From assembly GCA_039621445.1 (NCBI GenBank), contig CP154954.1, forward strand, positions 21,402,954 to 21,466,953: DNA of 64,000 nucleotides, in the 5' to 3' direction. Below the pieces are notes generated by a model. That model worked only from the letters and a program-made list of their open reading frames with translations. It did not search any database and was not told the origin of the DNA. The position numbers and the translations under genes were made by a program. This stretch comes from Euglena gracilis (Eukaryota). Positions 1 to 12,220 of this stretch are shown in pieces. Positions within the stretch are counted from its first letter, which is position 1. Each line of letters opens with the position of its first letter.

Positions 1-177
1 CCTCAGACAGCAAAAAAAAAAAATCATTGGATTGCCTAAAATCAATGGATTTGCCAAAACTCCCAAAAATTCTGGCGCCTTTGTCGGTTTTTGGCCCATC
101 TGGAGCCAAAACCAGTCAGTCACGCCAAAAAAAAGGCAGTCAGTCACCCTGGGTCGGAACTTGAAACAAGCCTGTCC

Positions 178-298
178 TTCACAACATCACTGCCTTGGTT
201 GATGACAATGGTCACCTGATGTGCGTTGGACCCGTCCTCCACAGGCGAAAAGCTGACTCCCAGCCCAATGAAGTTGGACGTAAATCCAAAGTTGTCAC
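178..298 (-). CDS. Candidate host exon (unknown protein)
   Basis: Minus strand reads ttttcgtagcag|GT GAC AAC... and gives a stop-free, non-repetitive peptide (G)DNFGFTSNFIGLGVSFSPVEDGSNAHQVTIVINQGSDVVK between repeat-like flanks. No canonical GT donor seen. Confidence 0.25.
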
Positions 299-3200
299 CT
301 GCTACGAAAAATGGGTTCCCTGTTGCCAGGGCTTGGGATGAAAATCAAATAAACCGCCATCACTAGCAGACAAAAAAGCACCTCAGTCTCCCAAGTTGTT
401 CAAATGTTCAAATCAAACCCTGTTTGTCACCCACAATGAAAACACACCACTTGTCGAAGGTGCATCACCACTGATCCCACACCATGTGTTGCATTTTCAG
501 CAGGACTGGGCTACCATGGTGTTTGGGTTTGCATTTGGGGGGGGGGGGCTTAATTAATTTGAGGAACAAAAAAGTACAGTGTCACCCAATCTCTCACAGC
601 ACAACCTAAAATTGACCAAAAATTGGCTGGTGGAGGGAGGTGGAAGTGGAATTACCATTCTGAAGCTGCTTTTTTTTAACCTACCACAGGGGAGCCCCTT
701 CGGGATTTCGGCCTAGCTCAGGAACTTTCCTCAGAAAACAGGCCATTTTCCTTGAAAACGGGCCTTTTTGAGCCTTCCAGCCCCAAAGGGACCGGGGGGC
801 CAAGGTCCCCACCCTACCAGGCCCCCCCCCCCCCCGGGGTGGGGTCGGCACCCGACTTGAGAGGGCATGGTAGGATAACCGAAAGGGGGGTCTGCAAAAG
901 ACAACAGACGGGGGGGGTTGGGGTCACAGGGGGGCTCGCGGGGGGGGGGAACAGGTTTTATATCATGGGGGTTGGGGACGCGGGGGACGCGGGGGCACCA
1001 CCATTCTGGGTACCGTGATCTGGCTCATTGTGGGAAGTTGGTGATGGATTTTTTGGTGGTCACCAGTGATTAGTCGCCAGCGAATGGTCGCCAGCCAGCA
1101 ACTGTTGGTGACAACAAATTGACCCCCAAATGTGGGTTTTCAAAGGCATTTGGGTGGGTCGAGCCATTTTCCTCCATGAAACGCATGGTCCTCAATGGTC
1201 GGCAGTAACATCTAAATGGGAAGAAATTTTCATCTATATTGGCATTGCACACAACCATCCATCTTCCTTGAAGAAGTGTTCCCAACTCCGGGACTCCTCC
1301 AGACCCCCAATTAGCCCATTGGAGGCCGCTCGGGGGGGGTCCGACCCCCCCCTCCCCCCCACCCTGCGCAGCCGCCCGCGCGGCCGCTCGCCCCCCCCCC
1401 CCCCTGGACCCCCCCCTCCCCACTGTGCCTAGCATAGCCAAGAAAAAAAATTTTGTGAAAAAATCGCGAGTTTTTTGAGGCCCAAAAATGACCAAAAGTG
1501 ACCATTTTCGGACATAAAATGGAAAATTTGGGGGCCGCGCGTTCTGCGCGCGGCCAAAAAAAGCACTTTTTTTTGGTCAAAAATGCCCAAAAATGGCAAA
1601 AAATGACCACTTTTTGGACCCGAAAATCACCGATTTCAGGATGCGCGCTGCCTGCGCGGCCGCCCTCGGACCCCCCTCCCCCCCCCCTCCCCCCCGCGCG
1701 GCCGCCCGCGCGGCCGCTCACCCCCCCCCTCAGCCCCCCCCCCCCCCCTTTTCCTGGCCCCCATTAGGGGTGGGGGGACAACTGGGTGGGGGAGGGAGTT
1801 TTTTCCAGCGAATTTTAAAATTTTTGAAACGGACGTTTTTGGAGGTTTCCTGAGCCCTTCGCGACCTTGCAGAAATTGGCCAGTCAAAAAGGTCTAAAAA
1901 TCCCTGTGTGGTTAAGTTCGGACCTCGACAGGGGGGTTCTGCTGTAGGGTTCTGCTGTTCCCGGTGCCTGGGCTTCCCAACAAAACTTTGTTAGTCCAGA
2001 CCCCGGACCCCTCAAACTCGCGGTCAGGTTGAGTTCGCAACTTGACAGGGGGTCCCGCAGGACCCCCACCCCCTGTGCCTGGGCTCCATGGGGGGGGTCG
2101 CTCTCCCAACGCCCCGTTTTTGGCCTGAAACCCATGAACTTTGGGTTGTTTTAAGCCCATGTACCCCCTCCCTGGATTTTGGACAAAGCCCGTGGACCCC
2201 TACACAGGACTCAGGACAAAGCCCGTGTACCCCCCACCAATTTTGATATAGGGTCAAAAACAGCGAAAAAAACCGAAAACTTTTCTGTTGCCCAAAACGG
2301 ATCTCTTAACATTTCAGGAATAACTGTAAGTTCCCGTAAATTGCAGGTGCTTAATTTGTAAATCATAAATTATGCGAAATTTGCAATGCTCATATTGGCC
2401 GTCCATTACATGCAACTCTCATAAAGAGTCAGTACTTTTCAAAACCTGGTCAAATAGAGAGGGGGTGAGGGTAACAAATTGTCCTCCACAAGCGATTAAC
2501 CATTTTTCGATCAACCATCCTACCTTTTTCTCCCGCAGAACTTGCCACAAAATCTTTTGTGGTTTGCTTGACTGCGACATTCCTATGAAGTGATTTTTTG
2601 TCATTTTTGGAAGCCCGAATTGGGTTCAGACTGGAGACGGGGGTCGTCTGAGGGGCGTCGCAGAAGGGGTGTCTCTTTGGAGGTTCGGATGGGGTAAGAA
2701 TGGCTTTTGATGAGGGGTGGGGGTGGGTTTGAAAAACTTGCCCCAATGACAAGGCCACACATGACCTTATTCTCGAAATAATCGTCACCTCAGTGGTGTT
2801 GAGGTTGTGCTGGGACCACAACCACCCTGGAGACTGCGAAGTTTTGGATGTGAGACGAATGAATCGTCGATGTGTACTTTTGCTCCTCCGCCAAAGTTCC
2901 AGCCATGAATGAGCCGCATGCCATCATCATCCAATTCATCAAAAGGTGGCGACAGCGAAAGAGAAGCGGAATGCGAAGAACTTGAAACAAGAATGAATGC
3001 AAAGGAAACCAAAAAGCACAAGCACATCACTGCTCCTGTGGGAAAAAAATTGATGAACATGAGCGGATAGGACTGTTTTAACCAGACCGTGTCCAGTACA
3101 GGGATATGTCTGTATGAATATGAATGATGAACATGTGGTGATGAAAAATTTGAACGGGCGTCGCGGAACACAAGTAAGCAACACCAAAATGCGGACCAGG

Positions 3201-4761
3201 TATTCCTAATTCATGGTTGTCACGTAGAACCCCACTGAGTCCGCAAGGGACGACGTGGAATGTACATTTCAAATGTGCGCCGGAGCACCATGTACATGAG
3301 CGTTGCACGCGGGTTATATATTTCGCACTTGGCCTTCTGCCACTTGGCACTCAGAAGAAAGATTTTGGAATCAAAAAAGGTTGTCTGCCGACTCGAACCG
3401 AGCGTGCCGAACCGTGATTTCAGGCGACTTGCTGGACAGTGTGACCTTGACAAGGAGTGGACGGCAATTGTTTTGTGAAACTGAATGAGGAATTTCGACT
3501 TTGCAGTCTCGACATCACACATCTGGGTCAGATTGCTCCTCAGATCGCCTCCCTCTGGGTTAAATAAACCTTAACAGGCTTTTGATTGATACCCCTGACG
3601 ATATGACTTGGTGAGGACAGTGGGCTTTTTTTTTGGTGCCGACCCCGGGGCAGCAAAGCATAGCACCCCTGCCGACCGTCCCCGGGGGGTGGGTTTCGGG
3701 GGTGGGTTGGGCAGCCACCCCTGTCCAGCGACCACTCCCATTTTCTTTACCCTTTTGGAAAGGGTAAAGAACCACTCGACCTTGGGTACCCTGGCAGGCA
3801 CCCTTTAGCACCCCCACCCCCCCCCCTCACCCACCACCCCGGCTGTTTGGCCGATTCCCGTTCTGCCCTGCCCCCCCCCCCCCCGGGGGGTGGCGCAGAC
3901 AAAATACGTGAAATCTGTGAAAATGCTGTGGTGGGTGGGTGGGTGGGGGGGGGTCGCCCCACCTCCAGTGGGGGGGGGGTCAACCACTCACCCCACCAGG
4001 CCTTCCCATTCTGCCCTGCCGGGAGGCGGTTAAAAATGCACTGGTTCTGGTGGCCGACATTAACCGCCCCCCAAACAACCTGTCGGGGCTGCTCCTTGGC
4101 AGTGGGAATGACTTGGCGATCAGGGCACTTTTTGTCTAGGATTCTTGAAACCAAGAGAGAAAAGGGATTTTTTTTTTGGTTGGTTCCAGCCGCTCTCATT
4201 CCCGTCAAACTCCGGACCGACACAACCAAACCAACACAAAAATGGATGTTGGGGAGGTGCAAATTTCTACACATATTTCGTGGATATTCCCCTTTACTCA
4301 GCCTGAGAAAGAGAGATATCCACAAAATATCTACAATAGTGAATTAGGGGTCCGATCGCCTGCCCTGTATTTCGCTGGGATGCATCACGCAACGAAAACG
4401 CACAAGTTTTTTTTTTTTAGGGGGTCTCCCACATTCTGATGCGAAAACTGTGCCAGAACGCCGGTTTGGGCGTGAAGCCGTGGCTCAGAACGCCGGTTTG
4501 GGCCGCCCGAACCGGCGTTCTGGACACATTTGTTGAAACCGTGGATTTGGGGCTCTGGCTTCACACCCAAACCAGCGTTCAAGGAATCAGGGCCAATTTC
4601 GCCCTAAATACCCATTTTTGGGGCATTTTTGAGCTCCCCCCCCCCCGGCCCCCCCCCCTGGGGGGGGCCCCAAGGAATCCCCTGGCGGGGCAATCATCCG
4701 GGTAATCCAGGAGGGATGTGTCCCACTCTTACCGTGCTCCCCCACAGGCCTCAACCCTGCT

Positions 4762-4929
4762 GCCCTCCCCACGATGATGCACCCCATCAGCCCCCTGCGC
4801 TTCATGCTGGGCGTGATGACCGTCGGTCCCCTCTCCTTCATGGGCCTCGTCTGCGGGCTGTACAACGCCGAGGAGGCGTACCACACCCCGGCCTGGCGCC
4901 AGAGCCGCCGCGTCGTGCACAGGGCAGGG
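4762..4929 (+). other. Exon-like 168-bp island, copy 1 (PTMMHPISPLRFMLGVMTVGPLSFMGLVCGLYNAEEAYHTPAWRQSRRVVHR)
   Basis: GC3-biased codons; preceded by a pyrimidine tract and CACAG; near-identical copy at 17767-17934. Confidence 0.45.
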
Positions 4930-5221
4930 TCCCCCCTCTCGTGTATCCCCAGTGCCGTGCTCAGCAGAACTTTGAGGCTCGTGGCAGCCAGGGTTTATCT
5001 ATATCTATATCTACATACCCTCACCCCCCCCTCAAAGTGGCCACCCTCCAAACACCGTGGGATCCCAAAATTTTCTCTTTTTTCTTTTGTTGGACTTTGC
5101 CAAATTCCGACGATCGCGAGCGCATCTCTGGCTGTGTTAATTGTTCAGGTGCAAACTCACCCCTCAATCGCTTATCATCAGACGACTGGTGATCACCACC
5201 AAATTCAGCCATGCTGCACAG

Positions 5222-5577
5222 TACTCCACCCCCCCCTTTATCCCCTTTATTGTTCCATCGACCTGCCCCCGGGAGGCCTATCGGACAATAAGGGGGGGGG
5301 GCAACAAGACCGTACCACCCCCCCCCCTTTATTGTCCCCCCCCCTTTATTGTCCCTGGGCCCCGGCCGACGGGGGTTTTTTTTGGCCCGGCCAATGAAAT
5401 TCCTTTGGTACCCCTTTATTGTCCCCCCCCCTTTATTGTCCGGTCGGGCCTCCTGGGGGCAGGTCGGTGGGACAATAAAAGGGGGGGGGGTACCAATTGG
5501 CCGGGCCAAAAAACCCCCCGTCGTCCGGGGCCCAGGGACAATAAGGGGGGGGGGCAATAAGGGGGGGGGGGTGGTAT
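5222..5577. repeat. Foldback-like element built from CCCCTTTATTGTCC / GGACAATAAGGGG motifs
   Basis: The motif recurs in both orientations. A related copy at ~6955-7490 is interrupted by MITE R1 and flanked by (TATG)n. Confidence 0.5.
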
Positions 5578-5645
5578 TTCCTGTCACAGGCAAAAGCCTA
5601 ATTTGACCCGGACCCGGAACGGAAGGTCGTCGATTTGAAGAGAAA

Positions 5646-5692
<47 letters not shown>

Positions 5693-7001
5693 ACTGTGGC
5701 CCAACCACCCCCACACATTTTCTTGGGCATCACCCAAATTTGTATGGATTTTTCCTTTGGTCAACCAAAAAATGTGCCCGGCCAAAATCCGGGACGCGGG
5801 GGGGACGCGGGGGGAACACCCCCTCTGTATGGTTCATTCCAAGGTTGGTTTTTTTTAATCTCTGGAGCATTCATTTTTTTTGCTTTTTTTTGGGTTAAAA
5901 ACGTGTTCAGCCCGCCAAATGCCTGCCCTGAAATTTGTGGTCATGAACACGTTTTCCATTAGGGCATCTGTGGCAATGACACGTTTTCCATTTAGGCATC
6001 TGTGGCAATTAAAAAAAAATCGCTGTCATGAAAATGTGGCGAGAGGTTGAGAGGCCGGGTGGTCCTCAAGGGGGGCACTCTACAACACAAGAAACGGCCA
6101 GAGGTTGCCTTTGAGCAATACAACAGGGAGTGTTAGACGTCATGGAAGACAACATGCTTCACACAAAAAAGAGCCATATTTTGGTGGCCGCCGCAAATCT
6201 TGGCATGAGAATGGTATGCCAAACTGCAGCCGTCACACACCACTTTCCTCAGCTCCACACAATTTGGATTTTTGGGAAGAAGAAGGAAGAAGAGGAGGGG
6301 CAGTGGGACTCTGGCGGCAAGCCATCGAGGAAGCGGAGACCACCGCCAGGATCCGCACCAATGAAACCCACCTGGCAGCCGCCCCCATCGCTATGTGCAG
6401 GGTGTTAAGTGAGCTGTGGTTTTGCGGGGGGGGGGGACTGAGGGGGGGGGGTTAGGGACATTAAAAAAAACTTGGTGAATGTTGTGACCAATTCTTCAAA
6501 AAAAGCTCGCAAAAACGCCTTTCTTCGTCGCAAAAAAATTCTGGCACTTTCTTCCACTTTCTTTTCTTTTTTTTGCGCAGGGGGAGAGGGGCATAGACCC
6601 CTCATTTAATACCCTGGCCATGTGAGGCAGGCATGGCCCCCATCCAAGGTATCTCCACAGCTGTGCTGGGATTCTCTCAATCCAAGCTCCAAGCTTTTGT
6701 TTGTGCTTAAATTGTCCAGACATTGTCTTCTTCGATGGCTTTCAGTGATTTGGTACCAGCGTTTACCAAATTATCCTGTTATTGTTTTTATCCTGTTATT
6801 TAAATGCATACAGGGGGCAGGTGGCAACCTCGAGCATTGTTTGCATGTTTTTTAAATGTCTACAGCAATTTTCCTGGCCCAGACCCCACGTCCACCCATT
6901 GCTTTCAAAAACAGTCCAGTTGTGTATGTATGTATGTATGTATGCATGTATGTACCCCCCCCCCTTATTGTCCCACCGACCTCCCCCCGGGAGGCCCGAC
7001 C

Positions 7002-7358
7002 AGGCAATTGCTTAAGCACTGACCAACCCCCCCCCCCGGGGGGGGTGGGTGACTGGTTTTTTCAAAGTGGCGGACTGGTTTTTGGCCCGGACCCCTCCCC
7101 CCCCCCCGAAGGGGTCGGCCAGGAGTGGGCAAAGTGGCTTGAGTGACCCCGGCGCCGAAGGCGCCGGGAAAATTTTTTGGGCCTAAAATGGCCAAAAGTG
7201 ACTGGAAAGTGGCCGTTTTTCTGAGTGGCCGACCCCCCCCCCCCCCGAGGGGGGTAGTGACTGGCTGGTTTTTTGAAAATGAGTGACTGACTGGTTTTTA
7301 AAAAAGTGGAGTGACCCCCTTCCCCCCCCCCCCCCCGGGGGTGGGTAAGCAATTGTAT
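7002..7358. mobile_element. MITE family R1, copy 1
   Basis: Ends AGGCAATTGCTTA...TAAGCAATTGTAT; 10-bp TSD AGGCCCGACC (6992-7001 and 7359-7368); internal GGCGCCGAAGGCGCC hairpin at 7151-7165. Confidence 0.9.
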
Positions 7359-8105
7359 AGGCCCGACCGGACAATATGGGGGGGGACATATGTGGGGGTA
7401 CCAAAGGAATTTCATTGGCCGAGCCAAAAAAAACCCCCTGTCGGCCGGGGCCGAGGGACAATATGGGGGGGGTGGGGTAAATATGGGGGGGTTTGAATTT
7501 AGGTATTTATGTATTTATGTATGTATGTATGTATGTATGTATGCATGTATGTATGTAATTGTGCAAGTGCAAACTCGTGGTGCCAATCTTAAGCCAATCC
7601 CGGTTCCAGCCAGCCAGCCAGTTCCTTTTTCTTGCTTTTTTTCCCGACCAGCAGCCCCCAGCCTGGTTGCGGGCCCTGGCTGTTGTCCACATGTCCCCCC
7701 CATTGGCGCAGGCTGATGAAATGGGCGGGTACCAAAGCTGGAATGGCACTTTTCTCAGCAATGAATGAAGGCAGCCGCTTCCCAAATTATAAACCTTTTG
7801 GGGAATTTGGACCAAAAGATCGTTGGTCTGGGCCCCGGGCGGATGATTGGCTATGACGATCCCGGAGGTCGTACCGACCATGGTCGGCCCGACCTATGGT
7901 CGGCCCGACCTTGCCGTTATCGACCACTGGAGGTCGGGCCGACCAGGTCTGCCCGACCTCCAATCAACCGCATTACCCCCCCCCTTTTTTGAAATTTAAG
8001 CCCCCCCTCAAATTTTTATTCTCTTAATTTGGCTGAAAATGCATAAAAACACATTGGAATGACCTCCAAACCGGCAAAAAAACGTCCCATTTTTGAAAAA
8101 TTCGA

Positions 8106-8455
8106 TTAGAGTTAGCGTCAGGGATACAGTTATGGTTAGGGTTTAGGGTTAGGGTTAGGGATACGGTTAGGGTCAGGGTTAGAGTTAGGGTTAGGGATAC
8201 GGTTAGGGTTAGGGTCAGGGCTAGGGTTAGAGTTCGGGTTAGGGGTAGAGTTAGGGTTAGGGCTAGGGTTAGAGTTAGGGTTAGGGATACGGTTAGGGCT
8301 GGGGATTAGGGTTAGGGTTAGGGATACGGTTAGGGTTAGGGTCAGGGTTAGAGTTAGGGTTAGGGATACGGTTAGGGTTAGGGTCAGGGCTAGGGTTAGA
8401 TTCAGTGATACGGTTAGGGCTGGGGATTAGGGTTAGGGTTAGGGATACAGTTAGG
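8106..8455 (+). repeat. Interstitial degenerate telomeric array (TTAGGG)n
   Basis: TTAGGG units interspersed with TTAGAG, TCAGGG, CTAGGG and recurring GGATACGG variants. Confidence 0.9.
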
Positions 8456-8473
8456 TTATTTTGGGTGGGGGGT

Positions 8474-8906
8474 GTAGGCCGACTAAGTTAGCACAAAGGG
8501 AGTTTGTTGGGGGGCGCGTTTTGGCCATCCTTGCCTTGCACACAAAAGGATTTTGTTAGGATGCGCGTTTTGGCCACCCTTGCCTTGCACACACAAAGGG
8601 ATATTGTTATTTTGGGCGGGGGGGATCCGGGGGGGGCGGCAGCCCCCCCCCGGAGGAGGCCGTAGGCCGACTAAGTTAGCACAGAGGGAGTTTGTTGGGG
8701 GGCGCGTTTTGGCCATCCTTGCCTTGCACACACAAAGGATTTTGTTAGGATGCGCGTTTTGTCCACCCCTGCCTTGCACACACAAGGGGATATTGTTATT
8801 TTGGGCGGGGGGGGTCCGGGGGGGGGGGGGGGGGGGGAGGGGGGGGCGGCAGCAGCCCCCCTCCTCCGGCAGCCCCCCCCGGAGGAGGCCGCAGGCCGAC
8901 TAAGTT
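8474..8906 (+). repeat. Tandem duplication, ~190-230 bp unit (two copies plus the start of a third)
   Basis: AGGCCGACTAAGTT starts at ~8476, ~8664 and ~8894; internal CCTTGCCTTGCACAC subrepeats. Confidence 0.85.
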
Positions 8907-10407
8907 CATTAGGGTCTCTTTCTTTAACATAGGACGTTTTGTTGCCAGTTTCAAGCTCATTCTAATGTTTTTCCATGCATTTTGAGTCAAATTTTACTGA
9001 ATACTGCTTCAAGTTTCCGGGGGGGGGGGGGCTTAAAAATAAAAAAGGGGGGGGGTAAAGCGGATGATTGGAGGTCGGGCCGACCAGGTCGGCCCGACCT
9101 CCAATGGTCGATAGGCCATAGCCAACGGTCGGCCCGACCTAGGTCAGCCCGACCATGGTCGGTACGACCTCCGGGATCGTCGTAGCCAATCATCCGCACG
9201 GAGCCGTTGGTCTGTGATCATCCATCATTTTAACGTGACCCCCCCCCTTATTGGCCAGAGCCTCATTTCAAAAGGAAAATGCCTTATGACGGGGGTTTTT
9301 CGGGGGTTCGCGACTTTGAAGGCCGGTCCCAGGTGGCCAATTTGGCAATTTGACAACCCTGCCCCTAATTGGCCAGAAGGCGGGATCCAGTCCAGGGGGT
9401 TTCTTAAGCCGGAGGGGACCCAGCCAGCCAGCACCTTTTTTCCAGCCAGCAACTCCCAGCCGGGCTGCGGACCCCGGGGCGGGGCGGTCCACTGAAATCA
9501 GGGATCCTCACACGTCCTGAAAGGGAAAATTCACAGAGGATCACGGAAACGGACGGAAGGCCATTTTCACGGAAATCACGGAAATCCACACGGATGAGGC
9601 GGAGGGTTTGGGAAAAATTTTGGGCTCTTTTTTGAATGTGCTTTGTTTGTGCAGATACATTTTTCTTTATCTTGATTATTCTTTGATTCTTTGCACTTTT
9701 TTTTTGGGGGGGAGAGGAAAATTTTTTAAACTTTGCCATCCTTCTCCCCCCCCCCCCCGAGGGGCAGATTGCTATCAATGCATTGAATGCATTTTGGGTT
9801 CCTGTTGTGTGTACCAGCACCTGGAGCATTCCAAGGATCCCAGCCCCCCAGGACTGGCACCTTAGTTGCAGGTGCAGTCACTGACTTGTATCGTGTCGAC
9901 TCGTATTTTTTGTGGCGTTGTGGGAAAAGCAATGCCACACCAGGGCGTAGACTGGTGGGGAGTATTTTCTCTGCATTTTCTATGTTCTGGGGTGGTGTGC
10001 TATGTGATCTTTCTCTTGAACATTTTTTTAATGCAGGAGAATGTTTCTGATGAGGAATTTCTTTAAGTTTCGGGTGTGTTTTTCTTGCAATCACCAAACC
10101 GCCTTTTTTTTGCTTTTTTGGGGTGGAAGTTGAGCAAAAAGTTGCAGTAAATTCTTTCACGCTTTCTTTGGAAGAAACTCATGGGGATTTGCTGTGGAGA
10201 CATCTCGCATTTAAATGTTTTGGTCGGTGTGAGCAAATGCGCACATGGATTATACAATCACTTAGTCACTGCCCCCCCTGACTGGTTTTTGGCCCGGACC
10301 CCATCCCCCCAGCCGAAGGCGCCAGAATTTTTTTTGGCTTTTTTCCATGTTTTTGGTCAAATTTCCTTTGGATTCCAAAGTGGCCGACCCCCTGTGGGGG
10401 TGCCAGA

Positions 10408-11256
10408 CGGTAGACTGGGGGGGGGGGTCCTGGGTGGTCGGCCGACTAGTCGGCCGACCACCCAACTGGTCGGCCGACTAGGCCTGGTCGGCAGCTAGTC
10501 GGCGAGGGGGGGGGGGGGGGGGTAGTGGGTGGTCGGCGGATTAGTCGGCCGACCACCCACTCTAATGTAGTTACGGGCCAGTCTCGCCGACTTTTAAGCC
10601 CCCCCTGAGAAAAAACTTTTGTCCAAATCACCTCAACACCAGTCAAAACCCACCCAAATGGCTCCAGAACCCCCCAATCGGGGGTGAATATGCAAAAAAA
10701 AATTTGGGGGAAAATGTCCATTTTGGGCCACTTTTGGCAAAAGAACACCTCTCCCCGTCGTGCGGGGGGGGGGGCGGAGCCCCCCCCCCCCCCCCCCCCT
10801 TTGCCAAAGTGAGCCACAAAAAGACTTAGCCCCCGAGTATGATGCCAACACAGAAGAGATTTTGTTATCTGAGGCTCGGATGGGGGTGGAGGGGGGAGTT
10901 TTCAGCCTGTCGTGATGCAGAATGCTTGCATTTCTAAAGGATTTTCATGTAACCCCTGTTTCGTCATTGGTTTTTACCCCTCCGGACCCCATCAAGGGCC
11001 CACCGACCCCCCACCGACCAAAGATTTCCATCTGAGGGTGTTCCTGTTGGTGTAAGGCACTTATTTGGACCCAGGACCGTTTCCGGGTGGTTTGGACCCG
11101 CCACAGACCATTTTTATGACCACCGACTAGCCACCGACTAGTTTGCATACAATTTTCTTCATAAAAAGTCGGCGAGACTTTTATGAAGTCTCGTAAAAGT
11201 CGTAACTAACTACATTAGAGTGGGTGGTCGGCCGACTAATCCGCCGACCACCCACT

Positions 11257-11297
<41 letters not shown>

Positions 11298-11364
11298 TCT
11301 CGCCGACTAGCTGCCGACCAGGCCTAGTCGGCCGACCACCCAGGACCCCCCCCCCAGTCTACCG
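10408..11364. mobile_element. Foldback/MITE-like element with ~160-bp TIRs
   Basis: 10408-10575 (CGGTAGACTGGG...CACTCTAATGTAGTTA) is the reverse complement of 11207-11364. TIRs are rich in GTCGGCCGAC palindromes. No clear TSD. Confidence 0.75.
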
Positions 11365-11862
11365 CCTAGAGCCCGACCCCCCCCCCCCTAGGGGGCAGTG
11401 ACTGGCTGGTTCCCCCCCCCCAAAGTGATTGACTGGTTTTTCGAAGAGTGGGGTCAGGGGGGTGAGGACCCCCCCTCCCCCCGGGGGGGTCGGTGAAAAA
11501 TTGTATGATATGGACCTCTGCACAAATTTGTGTCATATTGGGTATACGCATTCGGTCCATTAAAAGCGGCAGTGTTCCAGAAAGGTTTGTTTTTATGTCG
11601 CAATCATTGTCTACCCCCCTTGGATTGCCCGTCCAAACTCGGGGGGGATCTGGCACGGGGGGTGCCCTGTCCTTGACCAAAATGGCTAACTTGGGGGGGG
11701 GTGTAAACTTTTTCTCAGGGCCGGAAGGCCAATTTGGGGGGGGGTAAATTTTTTCTTGACCATTTTTGTATGGTTATTTTCCGAATTTTTCCGAATGCCC
11801 AATTTGGCCCGGGTATTTTACAAAACCCAAAAATCAGCCTTGTGCTTAGTCGGGTGCCAACC

Positions 11863-12220
11863 AGGCAATTGCTTAAGCACTGACCGACCCACCCCCCGGG
11901 GGGGGGGGGGTGACTGGTTTTTTCAGAGTGAGTGACTGGTTTTTGGCCCGGACCCCCGCCCCCCCCCCGGGGGGGGGTCGGCCAGGAGTGGGCAAAAGTG
12001 GCTTGAGTGACCCCGGCGCCGAAGGCGCCGGGAAAATTTTTTTGGCCTAAAATGGCACAGAGTGCAGGGAAAGTGGCCTGTTTTATGAGTGGCGGACCCC
12101 CCCCGGGGGGGGGGGTAGTGACTGGCTGGTTTTTTGAAAATGAGTGACTGACTGGTTTTTAAAAAAGTGGAGTGACCCCCCCTCCCCCCCCCCCCCCCCG
12201 GGGTCGGTAAGCAATTGTAT
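11863..12220. mobile_element. MITE family R1, copy 2
   Basis: Same ends and body as copy 1; 10-bp TSD GGTGCCAACC (11853-11862 and 12221-12230). Confidence 0.9.

Larger units (their letters stand above)
7831..9205. mobile_element. Mutator-like foldback element with ~170-bp imperfect TIRs
   Basis: TIRs GGCCCCGGGCGGATGATTGGCTATGACGATCCCGGAGG... and ...CCTCCGGGATCGTCGTAGCCAATCATCCGCACGGAGCC; 9-bp TSD GTTGGTCTG (7822-7830 and 9206-9214). Confidence 0.85.

Noticed and set aside
2790-3540. Non-repetitive island that may be a decayed coding sequence
   Set aside because: Multiple stops and no motif I can assign.
8106-8455. True chromosome end
   Set aside because: Degenerate, internal, and enclosed by a TIR element with a TSD.
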